The notes under the pieces are model-generated. The model had not been told where the DNA came from and did not search any database. It saw only the letters and a program-made list of their open reading frames with translations. The position numbers and the translations under genes were made by a program. Of a stretch of 64,000 nt of DNA, positions 26,651-40,574 are shown one piece after another (positions within the stretch are counted from its first letter, which is position 1; each line of letters opens with the position of its first letter). Origin of the DNA: the human T2T-CHM13v2.0 reference genome, Homo sapiens; assembly GCF_009914755.1 (NCBI RefSeq), contig NC_060931.1, one strand, 5' to 3'.

Positions 26651-28160
26651 TGATACAAGCTGGCCGTACCTGTTATTGAAAGCAGCTGTATCGGGGTAAC
26701 AACTAATGTTGAATCACCAGTCTCCAGAACTTGACCTATGATAAATTTTCCAAACAAAACTTATTTTACCCTCTATTCCCCTCTGCAAAGTACTAGGTGG
26801 AACTCTTCTGAAATAGAGGCACTATTTCTTTTTTCTCTTCAGGAAATTGCAGTGATTCTTCTTAAGGGTCTCATTTTCTGAACTTTAATGTCCATGGACT
26901 TCTAAGAGGAGATAAATAAAAGCAAAAGAGCAAAAGGCAAGAACAATCCTGAAACTCTCAAGTCAAGAAACAGATGCTACAGATCGTTTTAATCAATTCT
27001 GGGTAGGTTCTGGGCATCAGGCTTCTGACTTGGAGTGGAAAGGGCCCCAGAAGGTAGACCTTCCTAAAAGGAAAAAGGTGAATGGAACTGCCCCCATTTC
27101 TAAACTAATCTCTAAGACAGTCTGTAAACATGGACACCTGTTGGGGGTCCTCACTGGACCAGTGACTTATCTGTGTTAGCCATTGTTCCTCAGATCCACC
27201 ATCCTTAAAAGCTAACAACAAGTAATAAGACATTTTGTTGACACCCTTTCACAGCCTTCCAGGAAGAAACATGTCTGTTCCAGGTGTGTTAGACAAACAA
27301 CATTATTATCTTTCATTTGATCCCTAGTGAGGATTTTGTTGTTGTTTAAAAAAATAAAGTATTTGGTATTCAAATAATGGCATGCTTCCTTGTACATTAA
27401 CAAAATGGATTTTGAATAATATACTGGATGCAGAGGAAACAGGTAAGTGTACTTTGTAAATGCTTTTTCCTGTCTCATCATTCTCAGGGGCTGAAAACAT
27501 TAAGTCAACAACTGTCAAAACATTGCCACAGACAGCTGGAAGTAGAGCATTAAAGCCATCGAAAACCACCTGGGAGAAAATATTTATGGGAAATGATGAG
27601 ATTTCTTAGCAAGCAGCTCCCAATCATTTTAGTAACAGGTAATTTGGTGAAAACATGTCACATGTCACAATTGTTTGCTACTACTTTCTCGTAATGTTGA
27701 GAGGTTTTATTTTCTTGTGAAATAGCCTGATGAGTAGAAAGTTAAAATTGTCATAACTCAAATTCTCATGTAAGGCCTTTTTAAAAAATGGATTGGGAAG
27801 ACTTACAAAAACATAATAATATTACTCATTTTTAAATCTTCTCCCTAAAAAAATACAGAAGCAAAATTGGTTGTTTCAAAATGATGAAACTTTCAAAATT
27901 ATTATTATCAAAGTAATACTGGTTTCTGGGGGAAAAAATTAAACGCTAAAAAAGGTGTTTTGTGAAAAGCAGCAGTCTCCTGTCTCACCCCAATTAACAT
28001 TTCCAAAAGCAACATTTCTATCAATTTCTGGCATTAGTTTTTGTGGTGGTTACTCTCACAATTCCAAATACATACACATATACATGTATGTGTATTTTTT
28101 GTCCATTTGTAAATAATATTCATTGACATATCACTATAAAAAGTGGGAATTTCTTTTTCT

Positions 28161-28280
28161 GGCTGGGTGCTGTGGCTCACACCTGTAATCTCAACATTTT
28201 GGGAGGCCGAGGCGGGAGGATTCTTTGAGGCCAGGAGTTTGATACTAGCCTGGGCAACATAGCGAGATCCCACCTCTATA
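28161..28280 (+). mobile_element. Alu monomer (FLAM-like)
   Basis: Left monomer only; TSD aagtgggaat/aagtgagaat. Confidence 0.85.
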
Positions 28281-28767
28281 TTTTCTTTTTAAGTGAGAAT
28301 CTGAATGTCACTTACATTACTCTCAAACTATTGACCCTGTCCTCTTCTAAAATTTTGAGTTGTATTACTATTTTCAGCTCTTGTTTTCATTGCCTTTAAA
28401 TTGTTAAGTGATAATTTTAAGTTTTCATTTCTATTCAAGTATTTATACTCAATGCCCATAAAATGCACTTTATAAAAAGAGTATATTAGCTCTCTACCCT
28501 TCCTTCAAACACCTTCCCTTTTCCACCTTATAACTTCTGAAAGCAATATGTTCCTTCTGAATTGTCATATGCTTTTCTATAACTATAGTTCAGTCTTCTA
28601 TGCTTTATTTATAAGTTGATTTAAATATGGAAAACCAATAAATAGCATTTCTAATATTGTGGCTAAATATTGTTCAACTCAAATAGAAAACTGTTTCCCA
28701 TTAAGGTCAATGACACAATCCATAGACCCAAATCAAAGGAGAATATTTCCACAATAAAAGTCAAATG

Positions 28768-29970
28768 TGTTTTATAGTTTTCTGTGTACAAGTCCTTCAA
28801 CTTCTTTTATAAGTTTATTCCTAAGTATTTCATTATTTTTGATGTGATAATTTTTGACAGTTTTTTAAAATTTCATTATCAGATAGGTCATTTTTGGTGC
28901 AAATAAACAGTACTGATTTTGTATATTGGCTTTGTATCTTGCAACTGTACTGAATTTGCTTGTTCGTTCTAACAGATTTTTGTAGTCTTTAGACTTTTCT
29001 ACATATAGGATTATATCATCTGCACACAGAGATAGTTTTATTTCTTCCTTTCCAAATTGGATGCCCTTTATTTCTTTCTCTTGCCTAATTGCTCTAGGAA
29101 AGACTTCTAATACTATGTTGAATAGCAGAGGCAAGAGTGGGCAACCTTGCCTTGATCTTGACAGGAATAGCTGTCAGCTTTGAGCTATGAGCTTATCATG
29201 TGATATATGGCCTTTATTATGTTGGGGCAAATTCTTTTTATACATAATTTGTTGAAAGTTTTCATCATGAAAGAGTGTTGAATTTTGTCAAATGTTTTTC
29301 TGCATTGGCTATGATGATGATATAACTTTTATTCTACATTCTGTTAATGTAATGTATACATTTATTGATTTGCATAGGTTGAGCTATCCTCGCATCCCAA
29401 CAATAAATCCCAGTTGATCATGGTGTTTTCAATGTGCTACTGACTTCATTTTGCAGTATTTTGTTCTGGATTTTTGCATGTATGTTCATCAGGGATATTG
29501 GCCTGTAGTTTTCTTTTCTTATGGTGTCTTTGGTTTTAATATCAGGATAATGCTGACCTCATAAAATTAGTTTAGTACTGTTTCTTCTTCTATTTTTTAG
29601 AAGAGTTTTTAAAGGATTTTGTTTATCTTATCAATTTTATCTTTTCAAAAAACAAACTCTTAATTTCATTAAGTTGTTTTAAAATATTTTCTATTTTATT
29701 TATTCCATCTCTAATCTTATTATTTCTTTCCTTTTATTAACTCTAGTAAAAACTTAGTTTAGGGCTTAGTTTGTTCTTCTTTTTCTAGTTCCCTGAAGGG
29801 TAAATTTAGGTTTTTAATCTGAGATTTTTTTTTTAATGTAGATGTTTATCACTGTAAACTTCTCTCCTGCTGCTTTTACTGCATCCCATAAGTTTTAGTA
29901 TGCTGTCTTTCCATTTTATTTGTCTCAAAGTAGTTTTTTTAATTTTCCTTTCGATTTATTCTTTGAAACA
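28768..29970 (-). mobile_element. L1MA-like ORF2, inverted 5' segment
   Basis: [41 protein letters not shown] (RT, ADD motif) on - strand. Confidence 0.92.
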
Positions 29971-31892
29971 TTGATGAAAGAAATTGAAAAAGTCACAAAT
30001 AAATGAAAAGACATTTCTTCATGTTCATGGACTGGAATAATTAATGTTGTCAAAATGTCCACAATATCCAAAGTGATCTACAGATTCAATGTAATCCCAT
30101 CAAAATTGCAATGGCATTTTTATAGAAATAGAAAAAAATCTAAAATTTACGTGGAACCATAAGATGCCCCTAGTAGCCAAAGCAGTCTTGAGCAAGAAGG
30201 AAAAAAACAGAAGGAATCACACTTTCTGATTTCAAAATATATTAAAAAGCTATAGAAATCAAAACAATATGGCAGTGGCATAAAAACATACATATCAACC
30301 AGTGGAACAGAATGAAGTTCCCAGAAATGAATCCACGCATTTACAGTAAACTTATTTTTGACAAGAAGGGCAAGAATATACAATCAGGAAAGGATAGTAT
30401 CTTCTTCAGTAAATGGTGTCAGAAAACTAGATACCCACATACAGTAAATAAAATTTGACCTTTATCATACACCATACCAAAAAAATCAACTTAAAATAGG
30501 TTAAAGATCTAAATGTAAGACCTGAAACAATAAAATTCAAAAAAAAAAAAAAGAAAGGCAAACCTTCTTGACGTTAGCCTTGACAATGATTTTTTGGATA
30601 TGACACCAAAAGAATAGGCAACAAAAGAAAAATAGACAAATGACATTATATCAAATTAAAAACTGCACAAAAAAGAAAACAATCAGCAAAAGGGACAAGG
30701 CAACCTATTGAATAGAAGAAAATATTTGCAAAAGATATAGTTGATAAAAGACTAATATCCAAAACATAAGGAAGTCCTACAACTCAATAGCAAAATAGTA
30801 GCCTGATTCAAAAATGGGCAAAAGATTTGAATATACATTTCTTAAAACATCCAAATGGCCAAAAGGCATATGAAAAGGCGCTCAACATCACTAATCATCA
30901 GGAAAATGTAAATAACAATGATATATCACGTTAGAATGGCTGTTATCAAAAAAGAAAAAGTAGCAAATGTTGGTAGGATGTGGAGAAAATGAAACTCTTG
31001 TAGACTGTTGGTGGGAATGTAAATTTCTACAGTCACTATATGGAAAAAAAGTATAGTTGGTGGAAATGTAAATTGGTACAGACACTATGGAATAAGATCC
31101 CAAAAAATTAAAAATAGAACTACCGTATGATCCAGCAATCCTACTTCTTGATATATATCCAAAAGAAATGAAATCACTATCTCTATGAAGTATCTGCACT
31201 CTCATGTTCATTGCAGCATTATCCATAACAGCCAATACTGAAAACAACCTAAGTGTCAATTGACGGATAAATGGATAAAGAAAATGCAGTATTTATCCGT
31301 GTGTGTATATATAATATATATATGTATGTATGTATATATGCATACCACACACATACACTCACACTCAGTGGAATATTATTCAGCCTTATAATGAAGGAAA
31401 TCCTATGACAGGCAACAAAATGGATGAAACTTGAGGATATTATGCTAAGTGATGTAAGCCAGACACAGAAGAACAAATACTACATGATCCCACTTATATT
31501 AGAAATCTAAAACAGTCAAACCCATGGAAGCAGAGAGTAGAGTAGTGGTTACTAAGGACTGAAGGAAGGAAGAATTGAGAAAATTTGCGTCAAAAAGTAC
31601 AAAGTCTCAGTTATACAAGATGAGTAAGTCTTAGAGATCTGCTGTGTAGCACAGTGCATATAGTTAACAATCCTGTATTGTATACTACTTTCAAACTTGT
31701 TAAAAGGGAAAGTCTTATGTTAAATATCCTTATCACAAAAAAGGAGGGAAAAAACTTTTAGAGGTGACAGTTATGTTTATGGCATTGTTTATGGTGATGG
31801 TTTACATAGGTATATACTTGTCTTCAAACTCATCAATATATATACATTAAATATATACACCTTTTAGTATGTCAGTCACACCTCCAATTTTT
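29966..31892 (+). mobile_element. L1MA-like ORF2 3' end and 3'UTR (sense segment of the same element)
   Basis: aaacattgatgaaagaaattgaa...; L1MA-type 3'UTR. Confidence 0.92.
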
Positions 31893-32463
31893 AAAATCGA
31901 ATGCATTTTATTTTCTTATTATCCATCATTGACTCAGTAGCATTCAAGAGGTTGGGTTTGTAATAATTCTACTCAGTTGCTTTATTTTACGTTGTTTGGA
32001 TCCCTCCTCCAAAAAATATACACATATGTTTTACTGTCTCCTCATAGTAACTCAGCTTTGTAATCACACTACTACCAAGTAGATGTAATCCACTTTTTTT
32101 GCTCCAGGAGCACCGTTTTCAAAGCCCTTTATCCTCTTATTTCAGTCTCAACAATTGTGCCCTAATCCTGATTCACATTTGGAAATTCCTTCGCTGAATG
32201 TCTGAATTATATCCATTAACTATTTTCTAGATCTCATATCTTACCCTTCATTTATTTTCTCACTTTCTTACTGGAACACATCCTTAAGTAATTCCCTCAG
32301 AAAAGTGACCTGAGAACGTAAACTCTCTCAGTCCTTGAAAGTTTATAATATTTTTATTTTGCCCTCATTCTTGATTGGTAGTTTTGTTGAGTATATAATT
32401 TAGGTCTAAAATAATCTCCCTTAAGAACTTAAAATACATTTCATTATCTTCTAAGATTCCTTG

Positions 32464-32828
32464 TGTATTAGTCCATTCTCATGCTGCTATGAAGAAATAC
32501 CTGAGACTGAGTAATTTATAAAGAAAAGAAGTTTAGTTAACTCACAGTTCCACATGGCTGGGGAGACCTCTGGAAACTTATAATCACGGTGGAAAGCACC
32601 CCTTCATAGGTCAGCAGGAGAGAGAATGAGTGCAAGCAGGGAAAATGCTAGACGCTTACAAAATCATCAGAGCTCATGAGACTCACTCACTGTCACGGGA
32701 ACAGCATGAGGGAAACTACCCCCATGATCTAATCATTTCCCACCAGGTCCCTCCCATGACACATGGGGATTATGTGAACTACAATTCAAGATGAGATTTC
32801 GGTGGGGACACAGAGCCAAACCATATCA
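32464..32828 (-). mobile_element. THE1D/MSTA-type MaLR solo LTR
   Basis: tgtattagtccattctc...gccaaaccatatca; perfect TSD ccttg. Confidence 0.92.
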
Positions 32829-33148
32829 CCTTGTTACAAATTGTTAATCTGAAAGCAATGTGTCTTTTTCATTTGTACATTTTCACATTCTTTTTCTCTA
32901 GAAGTTTTTAGGGTCTTCTCTTTATTTTTGGTGATTCACTAGTATTGTACAACTTCATATAACAGAAATCTAGCTACAGTGACCATATAATGACTAATAT
33001 TTTTAATGTAACATGAAGTCTAGAGGCTGGACAAAATGCTCCACGCAGTCATGAAGGACCTAGGATCCCTCCTGTCCTACCACTCTTTTCTTGTCGCTTA
33101 CTCTCTCGTTCATTGTCACAGATGGCTTCTCCACAATGAGGCATCACA

Positions 33149-33438
33149 TTTTTTTTTCCACACAGGCTCACCCTCTGCCACCCAAGTTGGAGTGCAGTGG
33201 CATGATCTTGGCTCACTGCAGCCTCCACCTCCTGGCTCAAGCAATTCTCCTGCCTCAGCCTCCCAAGTAGCTGGGACTACAGGGATATGCCACCACGCCC
33301 GGCTAATTTTTGTATTTTTAGTAGAGACAGGGTTTTGCCATGTTGCCCAGGTTGGTCTTAAACTCCTGGGCTCAAGAGATCTGCCCACCTCGGCCTCTCA
33401 AATGCTGGGATTACAGACATAAGCCACTGCACCCAGCC
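33149..33438 (-). mobile_element. Alu (AluJ/S)
   Basis: Reverse dimer; TSD aggcatcacat/aggcatcgcat. Confidence 0.93.
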
Positions 33439-33455
33439 AAGGCATCGCATCTACA

Positions 33456-33610
33456 TTTAGAAGTGATGGTTATGTTTATGGCATTGTTTATGGTGATGGT
33501 TTACATAGGTATATGCTTGTCTTCAAACTCATCAAGATATATACATTAAATATATACACCTTTTAGTATGTCAGTCATACCTCCAATTTTTAAAATCGAA
33601 TGCATTTTAT
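33456..33610 (+). repeat. 155-bp direct duplicate of 31757-31911
   Basis: 6 mismatches in 155 bp by manual alignment, no indels. Confidence 0.95.
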
Positions 33611-34281
33611 GCAGACAGGCAGAGCTGGGTCACATGGACACCCCTGCAAGGAACTCTGTGTGATAAATGATTTTTCATTGTGCACACTTCCACACTAAAC
33701 AAAATTGATGTTTTTTTCAGGAGAAAGGGGAGAATGAACATGTCTTAGTAAATTTGTAGTGAATGTTCCACTTGATGAAAATTATGTAAGACCAACTCTG
33801 GGCTTACCAATTAAAATAACATGTTTTTTGTCGGCACTGAAATTTTTTCTTCTATTTAAAAAAAAAAATAATGTTTTTCCCTCCATTGTCTCTAACTTCA
33901 CTACCTAAAACTTCTTTCAGTCAGATCTTAGACCTCCTGGGTTAAACAACTGTGTCTCTCATCTTTTCCTTTATCTTTTTCATGATTGAGTTTTGCTCTG
34001 AATTCTGAGAGATTACCTTGACTTCATCTTGTTTTTACTATAATCATATATTGCCTGGATGTAATTTTAAATCATACTTTAAATATCTGAAAGCCTGTTG
34101 TGTCTTTTTTACTTTGTTTTTAATTGGCATTTAACAATTATTCATATTTATGAGGTATAATGTGATATTTTAATACATGTATAAATTGTGTAATCATCAA
34201 ATCAGGATATTTAATATATCTATCTCCTCATATAATTATCATTTCTTTACAGTGAGAACATTCAAAATTTTCCTATTTTGA

Positions 34282-34578
<297 letters not shown>

Positions 34579-34901
34579 CACCTTTCTAACTATTTTGAAA
34601 TACACAACATTGTTAACTAACATAGTCACCCTACTGTGCAATAGAACACCAGAACTAATTCCTCCTATCTAACTGTAACTTTGTAGTCATTGACAAATCT
34701 CTCCCCATTTGCCCCCTAATCTCACTATCTTCCCCAGCCTCTGATAACCACTATCCTACTCTCTACTTCTATGAGATCAACTTTTTAAGATTCCACATAT
34801 TGGTAAGATCATGCAGTATTTGTCTTTTTGTGCCTGGATTATTTCACTTAAAATAATGTTCTCTAGGTTTACCCATGTTGCCACAAATGATAGTACTACA
34901 A

Positions 34902-35219
<318 letters not shown>

Positions 35220-38200
35220 TAAATAGTATTCCACTGTGTATATATAAAACACATTTTCTTTCTCTATTCACCCATTGGTGAACACATAGGTTGATCCCAT
35301 ATCTTGACTCTTGTAAACAGTGCTGCAATAAACATTGAGAGTTCAGATACCTCTCAGTGATTTCCTTTGGACATATACTCAGTAGTGGGGTTGCTGGATC
35401 ATATGGCTAGTTCTATTTTTAACTGTTGAGGAATTTCCATACTGTTTTCCATAATGACTTACTAATTTACATTTTCACCTTCTCATTTCTTAATTGTTTA
35501 TTTTTAATAGCATCCTTCTCTTATTTTATGGAGGCAATATCTTCTGTGCCTCCTCTAAGGACACAAGCTTAAATTTTTTGTCTTCTTTGATCTTTATTTC
35601 TTCAGGGGTAATTCACTCTTGGTGTTTAGCTTGGTCTTTCTCTTTCAGGCTGTGGATTTTGTTCCTATTTCTGATCATCCTTGATTAGTAATTCATGAAG
35701 GAAAAGGAAAGGCTGTTTTGGGTAAGCAGGTATCATTCTCCAGTAGAACGGTCTCCTGAATGGAAAGGCTGATTGGAAGCTCTCTTTTGTAACTGGGCCA
35801 CCTTGACAGGCTGGCTCCTCTTTTAGGTATGTGGGTGTGGAATCTGACATTAGCCTGGAAATTCAAAATGCCATAATAAAAAAAGGGTTTAATCTATGTG
35901 CAAATATCTGCACTTGAAGCCCTAGTTCTTCCTTGGAAATGTATTCAATTTTTCTAGAAAAGAATTCTCAATATGAAGGTTTTCGATGGTTCTGTATGCA
36001 GTGGCAAGGAAGGCACTGGAAAGCATCAATGATGCAGCTATATGGCAGACAGAATTTTAATGATGCCTCTGGTTTTTGCACAATGTCTCGCTCCTGCTAT
36101 CCAAAGCTAGGAATCCGATAGCCAAGGCCCTCCAGGCTTCTAGCAGCCTGATCAGCCACCACATTCCCAGAGGCCCATGACATGCATATTCTGAGCATCC
36201 TTTACTCCACTTCATCTACAATATGCTTTTTCTGATTGTCCACAACCAAGAAATAGGATGAAATCTCCAGTCTGCTCTTGGCCATCCTCATTCCCTTCTC
36301 TTTAGTGTTATGATATTTTTTTCTCTATGGAGTCTCAGAAGAAAGGGAAGTAGTGAACACATTATTTAAAAAATCAAATCAAAACCTTATACATACTTTT
36401 TTTTTATCATACAAGAACCTCTGGGTCTATTTCAGAAGCTTAATATTTGGTGCCCAAAATATTTTATCCTGGACAATCTTATATTGCACAAATCTTAATT
36501 CAGAGTCATAAAAGTCCCCCAAACTGGCTTTTTAAGCTGGTGCATAAACCCCATTGATGATAGTCTTATCCTATTTTTGTTTATGCTCATGTGCTTTCTC
36601 ACCTGTTAAGAAACTTGCTAATTCTATTATGCGACTCTCTGGCAAAGCTTATCAAAGCTTCAAATTAATTAAGCAGTGGCAGCTCCCAATTTCCTTTTCT
36701 TACTGGCAAAAATTTGTTTCACAGAAAATGTTTAGAAAGCTTAAGTTGGTAACAGCTGATTGTTGACCTGGAAATAAGAGGTCTTCATCAATATGTTAAG
36801 CGGTCAGGATACTTAAAGAAAAACATCTATGGAGACTTCTTAGCATGCACTCTAGGCAAATACTTGCTGTCCTTCACCATTATTTCAGGATTTTTTTTTC
36901 CTAAAAGCATAAGAACAAACACATAAATGATAAAAGCAGAATTTAGGCCAACTCTAGCTTGCCTGCCAAGTAGGTAAGATGCGGTGGCAGAATACTGGCT
37001 ACACTTGTGCCTGTATCACCATGGAGACCCTACTCTGACCATCAAATAATGGGATTCTAATGAGGAATGCTGCTGAACAACAAGCATGGCTGAGCACAAA
37101 GACAGAGCTGCTGGCATTGGAACATGGGAGTGAGCAAGAAAGGGGCAGCCCAAGGGAGAAGAAAAGGTGACACTGAACGTAGGTGTCGTGATGAGAAGAA
37201 AATAGGTTGCAGGTGGTGACTGCCTGGAGACCAGCCCAAATCACCTTCCACCTTTACGTGGAATCCAGGCTCAAAGCAGGAGGGACAAACTTGAGTGGGA
37301 TAAATGTGACATGAAATGAGTCAGTTTGCCCAGAATATGTTTTTACCTATGAGGTGGATTGCATGGGATGGGGGAGGGGGGCTTGTAGGCAGGAGGGGCT
37401 GGGTCATGGAAATTAAATGAATTACTTTCCTAATGTGCATTGTTGTTTTTTTTTTTTTTTACACAATTGGTTCACAAAATAAAAAATTAATCCTTACTTT
37501 ATGTATGAGCTCATCTGGGATTTTGAAATAGCCTCCTGATGCACATCTGTACTTAGACCAATTCTAAATCCTGGACTAGAATTTTGAGTAAAATCATCTC
37601 CAGGCAAGAGCCAGGACCAGTGAGAGCTGAGAGGCTCAAGAAGTGATGAGAATAGATTAGATGAACCCTCACTGCTGATATCAGAATTAGAAATGAATTA
37701 TAACAAGGCTGAGTTTCAAAGAGAAATGCCCAGGATGGGGTCAGGATGCACCTTTCTCTCTCTCCATACAAGCTCTCCCTGAGGGGTCTCCTCTATTCTA
37801 AGTGCTCAGGTCCCCTCACAAGCCAATGGCTTCCAAACTTGTGTTTATCTCATCTCTTGCTCTTGATCTCCAGGCCTCTCTACCCACCAACAATCCCTTC
37901 TCCTATATATATATTTTTGGGCCCAAATTTTTGCTAAGTGAATTGTTCTGGCTCTAACTATCCTCTCCTTTGCAAATGAGAGGTCTTTCATTCTAAGAAT
38001 TATCATGGGCCGGCATTTGTAGCTGACATTGAAAATAAACCTCCCCCCTCCCCAGAACTGCCTATAAGATGTGATTTTCTGAAAACCTGCAGGCCTTGGG
38101 AATGCAAATCAGAGAAAGATCCAATTGTCACCAACACTTACCAGGGAACACTGCCATTTGCATCTGCACTCCAGATCCCCGGTGGCTGCAAATATATCAG

Positions 38201-38817
38201 TGGCTCATTCAAACCAGAGCCCAGGCACAGATTGAAAGCTTGAGTGGAGGTGGATTTGGAAAGAGGAATGAAAAGGACACAGCTCTGGAAACTGGGGGGA
38301 ATGAGCCCGTGTCACTGCCAAGATGGAAGGGTAGGCAGTGCATTCCCACATGTCTGACCCTAAGATTTCAAATTTCATTAGTAGCATCTCCTTTAGCTCA
38401 ACCTAACTACAAGGAGAACGAGAAATACAAGGAAGTCCCTGCCATGTTTGGGGAGCATTTTTATCTCTGCCCCAGCATCTCCCATTTTCTGCTGAACTAA
38501 AAACCTTTCTCTTTCTCAAGATATGTGGAAAAGGAAAAGGAGAAATAAGGAATATCTCTTACTTTAGTCCTTCATTTTTCTAGCTTCCCAACTCTCCAAC
38601 TCAGACTCTCGCTCTGACCCCCAAGTCAAATATGGCAGGTAGCACTGCCTTCTTTAGGGGTCTTCCAGATTATGCTACCACCACCACCACCACCACCACT
38701 CCACTTTTCAGAAACATGTGGGTTTCCACTTGTCAAAAATAAAACAACCCTCTTGATCATTATAGACTTGGGGTCTTGGCTAGAGAACAAATGAAAACAG
38801 AATTAAGAACAAAGAGG

Positions 38818-38990
38818 CGGGGCATGGTGGCTCAAGCCTGTAATCCCAGCACTTTTGGAGGCTGAAGCAGGTGGATCACGAGGTCAGGAGTTCGAGACCA
38901 GCCTGGCCAACATGGTGAAACCCCATCTCTACTGAAAATACAAAAATTAGCCAGGCGTGGTAATACTACTACTAATAATAATACTAATAA
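38818..38990 (+). mobile_element. Alu lacking most of the right arm, with (TAA/TAC)n tail
   Basis: Left arm + linker + ccaggcgtgg then taatactactactaataat; aacaaaga on both sides. Confidence 0.88.
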
Positions 38991-40574
38991 TAACAAAGAA
39001 AAGCAAATAGTTAAGTATTTAAACATTTTGAATTCCATAAATATTGATCAAGGCCCAGTATATACCTAGACTCTTTACATTTAATATTCACTATACCCAT
39101 CCAAGTTCCGGGCACCTTATAATGCACACATTTGCAAGCCACAGCCCAGCACAAAGGGCACTCCCTAAATGAGAGCAACCACAATCCCTCCTGAGAATCG
39201 CACGATGTAGAGATCCACCCTCTCTCCCTTTGAAAAAATACGACCATGGAACATAAGGCTGATCGCATCAAATATAGGAACAGAGGAGGGAGGACTCGCT
39301 GCTGGAGGGAGATAAAGCAAGTAGTCCCAATGCAGACAGTAAATGAAGGTGGCACAGGGTTCTCTGGCGTTTGTTGTATTGATGCGCCCAGCGAAAGGAA
39401 ATTTGGCAGCTCTTTAGAGGTAATCTGCCTTACAAGGGACCGTGAGCTGACTGGCAAGCAACAGAGTTGCTATGCCATCATCATGGTCACATTTGTTACC
39501 CTCACTTGCGGAGGAAGAACAGTCACATTCCTCCCCACCGCAAACGTCCAAAGAGATCTGGCACCAAAGAAGACTTCCTGCTTTCCTGCCACAGCCCAAA
39601 GCCTCAGAGTCCCCCACAGATTTCACTTCCTCCATAACCTCAGATGCCATTGCTTGTAGTAAATCCATGTGATAGTGCACAGAAGCACACACACATACAG
39701 GGAGGTCTTCATTTCTTTCCTCCCTCTTTCCTTCCCTCATTCCTTCTCTTCCTTACCTCCTTCCTTTCTTTCCACTTTTCTCTCTTCCAACTTCCTTCCC
39801 TCAACCAATTTATTTATTGGTAGCCTAACACATGGACAGGCATATCTCTTTAATTTAGAAGATAAGACTTTACTACATGCAATTTAAAAGTAAAATGCAC
39901 CTGTCCCCAAATAAACAGGGACAAATACATGGAGAGAGACAGAATTCAGCTTCAGTTGCATACTTCTGCCCACCACCTGAGCAAAACATACAGCTACACA
40001 GGTTCTTTCCTTTGTCAGATAATTCTAGCAACTTTTTGGCATGAAGATAGCATGCACCCACAGAGCTAAGTATATAAATGCTGTCTTACTTCCAATATCT
40101 GCAGTGAACCTGGAGTAGAGCTTTCACAATTCAATCCTATTTAGGACCTAGAGACAGGTTAATTCTGTTTAACTCTTATCACTCTTCCCTCCCTCCCACC
40201 CACCATGTCAGTCTCTTATGTGGCTCTTCTCTCTGGACCTGAAGCTCTGTTGAGGATTGAGCCCAGTTCTCCAGCTTTGCATTTCCCTCAGGCCCTATAC
40301 TAATGTGGGAGGCACAAAATACCTATGTCTTATTGCATTATCTTCATGACCTGCTGCACTTTATCCTGAATATTCCATTCCATTCAAACAGATATTCCAA
40401 CATCTTGTTCCCTTCATGTAACACACAACCATTTTTGGTGCTCCATAATCTTCTATCTCCCCAATGCCGTCCCCCCCGCAAAGAAAGAAAAAACAAAAAC
40501 AAGCAAAAGACCCAAATCACTGTATCTCTTTTTATGGAAAAATTACAACCAGAATATATTTGCCACTTTTTAAT

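Noticed and set aside
26830-27450. Splice-like signals (ttttctcttcag acceptor, aggtaagt donor) suggesting a lncRNA exon
   Set aside because: Isolated motifs cannot support a transcript without expression data.
37365-37403. G-run cluster (G-quadruplex-like)
   Set aside because: Long third loop, far from either gene, no supporting context.
39011-39740. Cluster of overlapping 100-148 aa ORFs in unique-looking DNA
   Set aside because: No recognisable domain or splice structure; expected by chance at this GC content.
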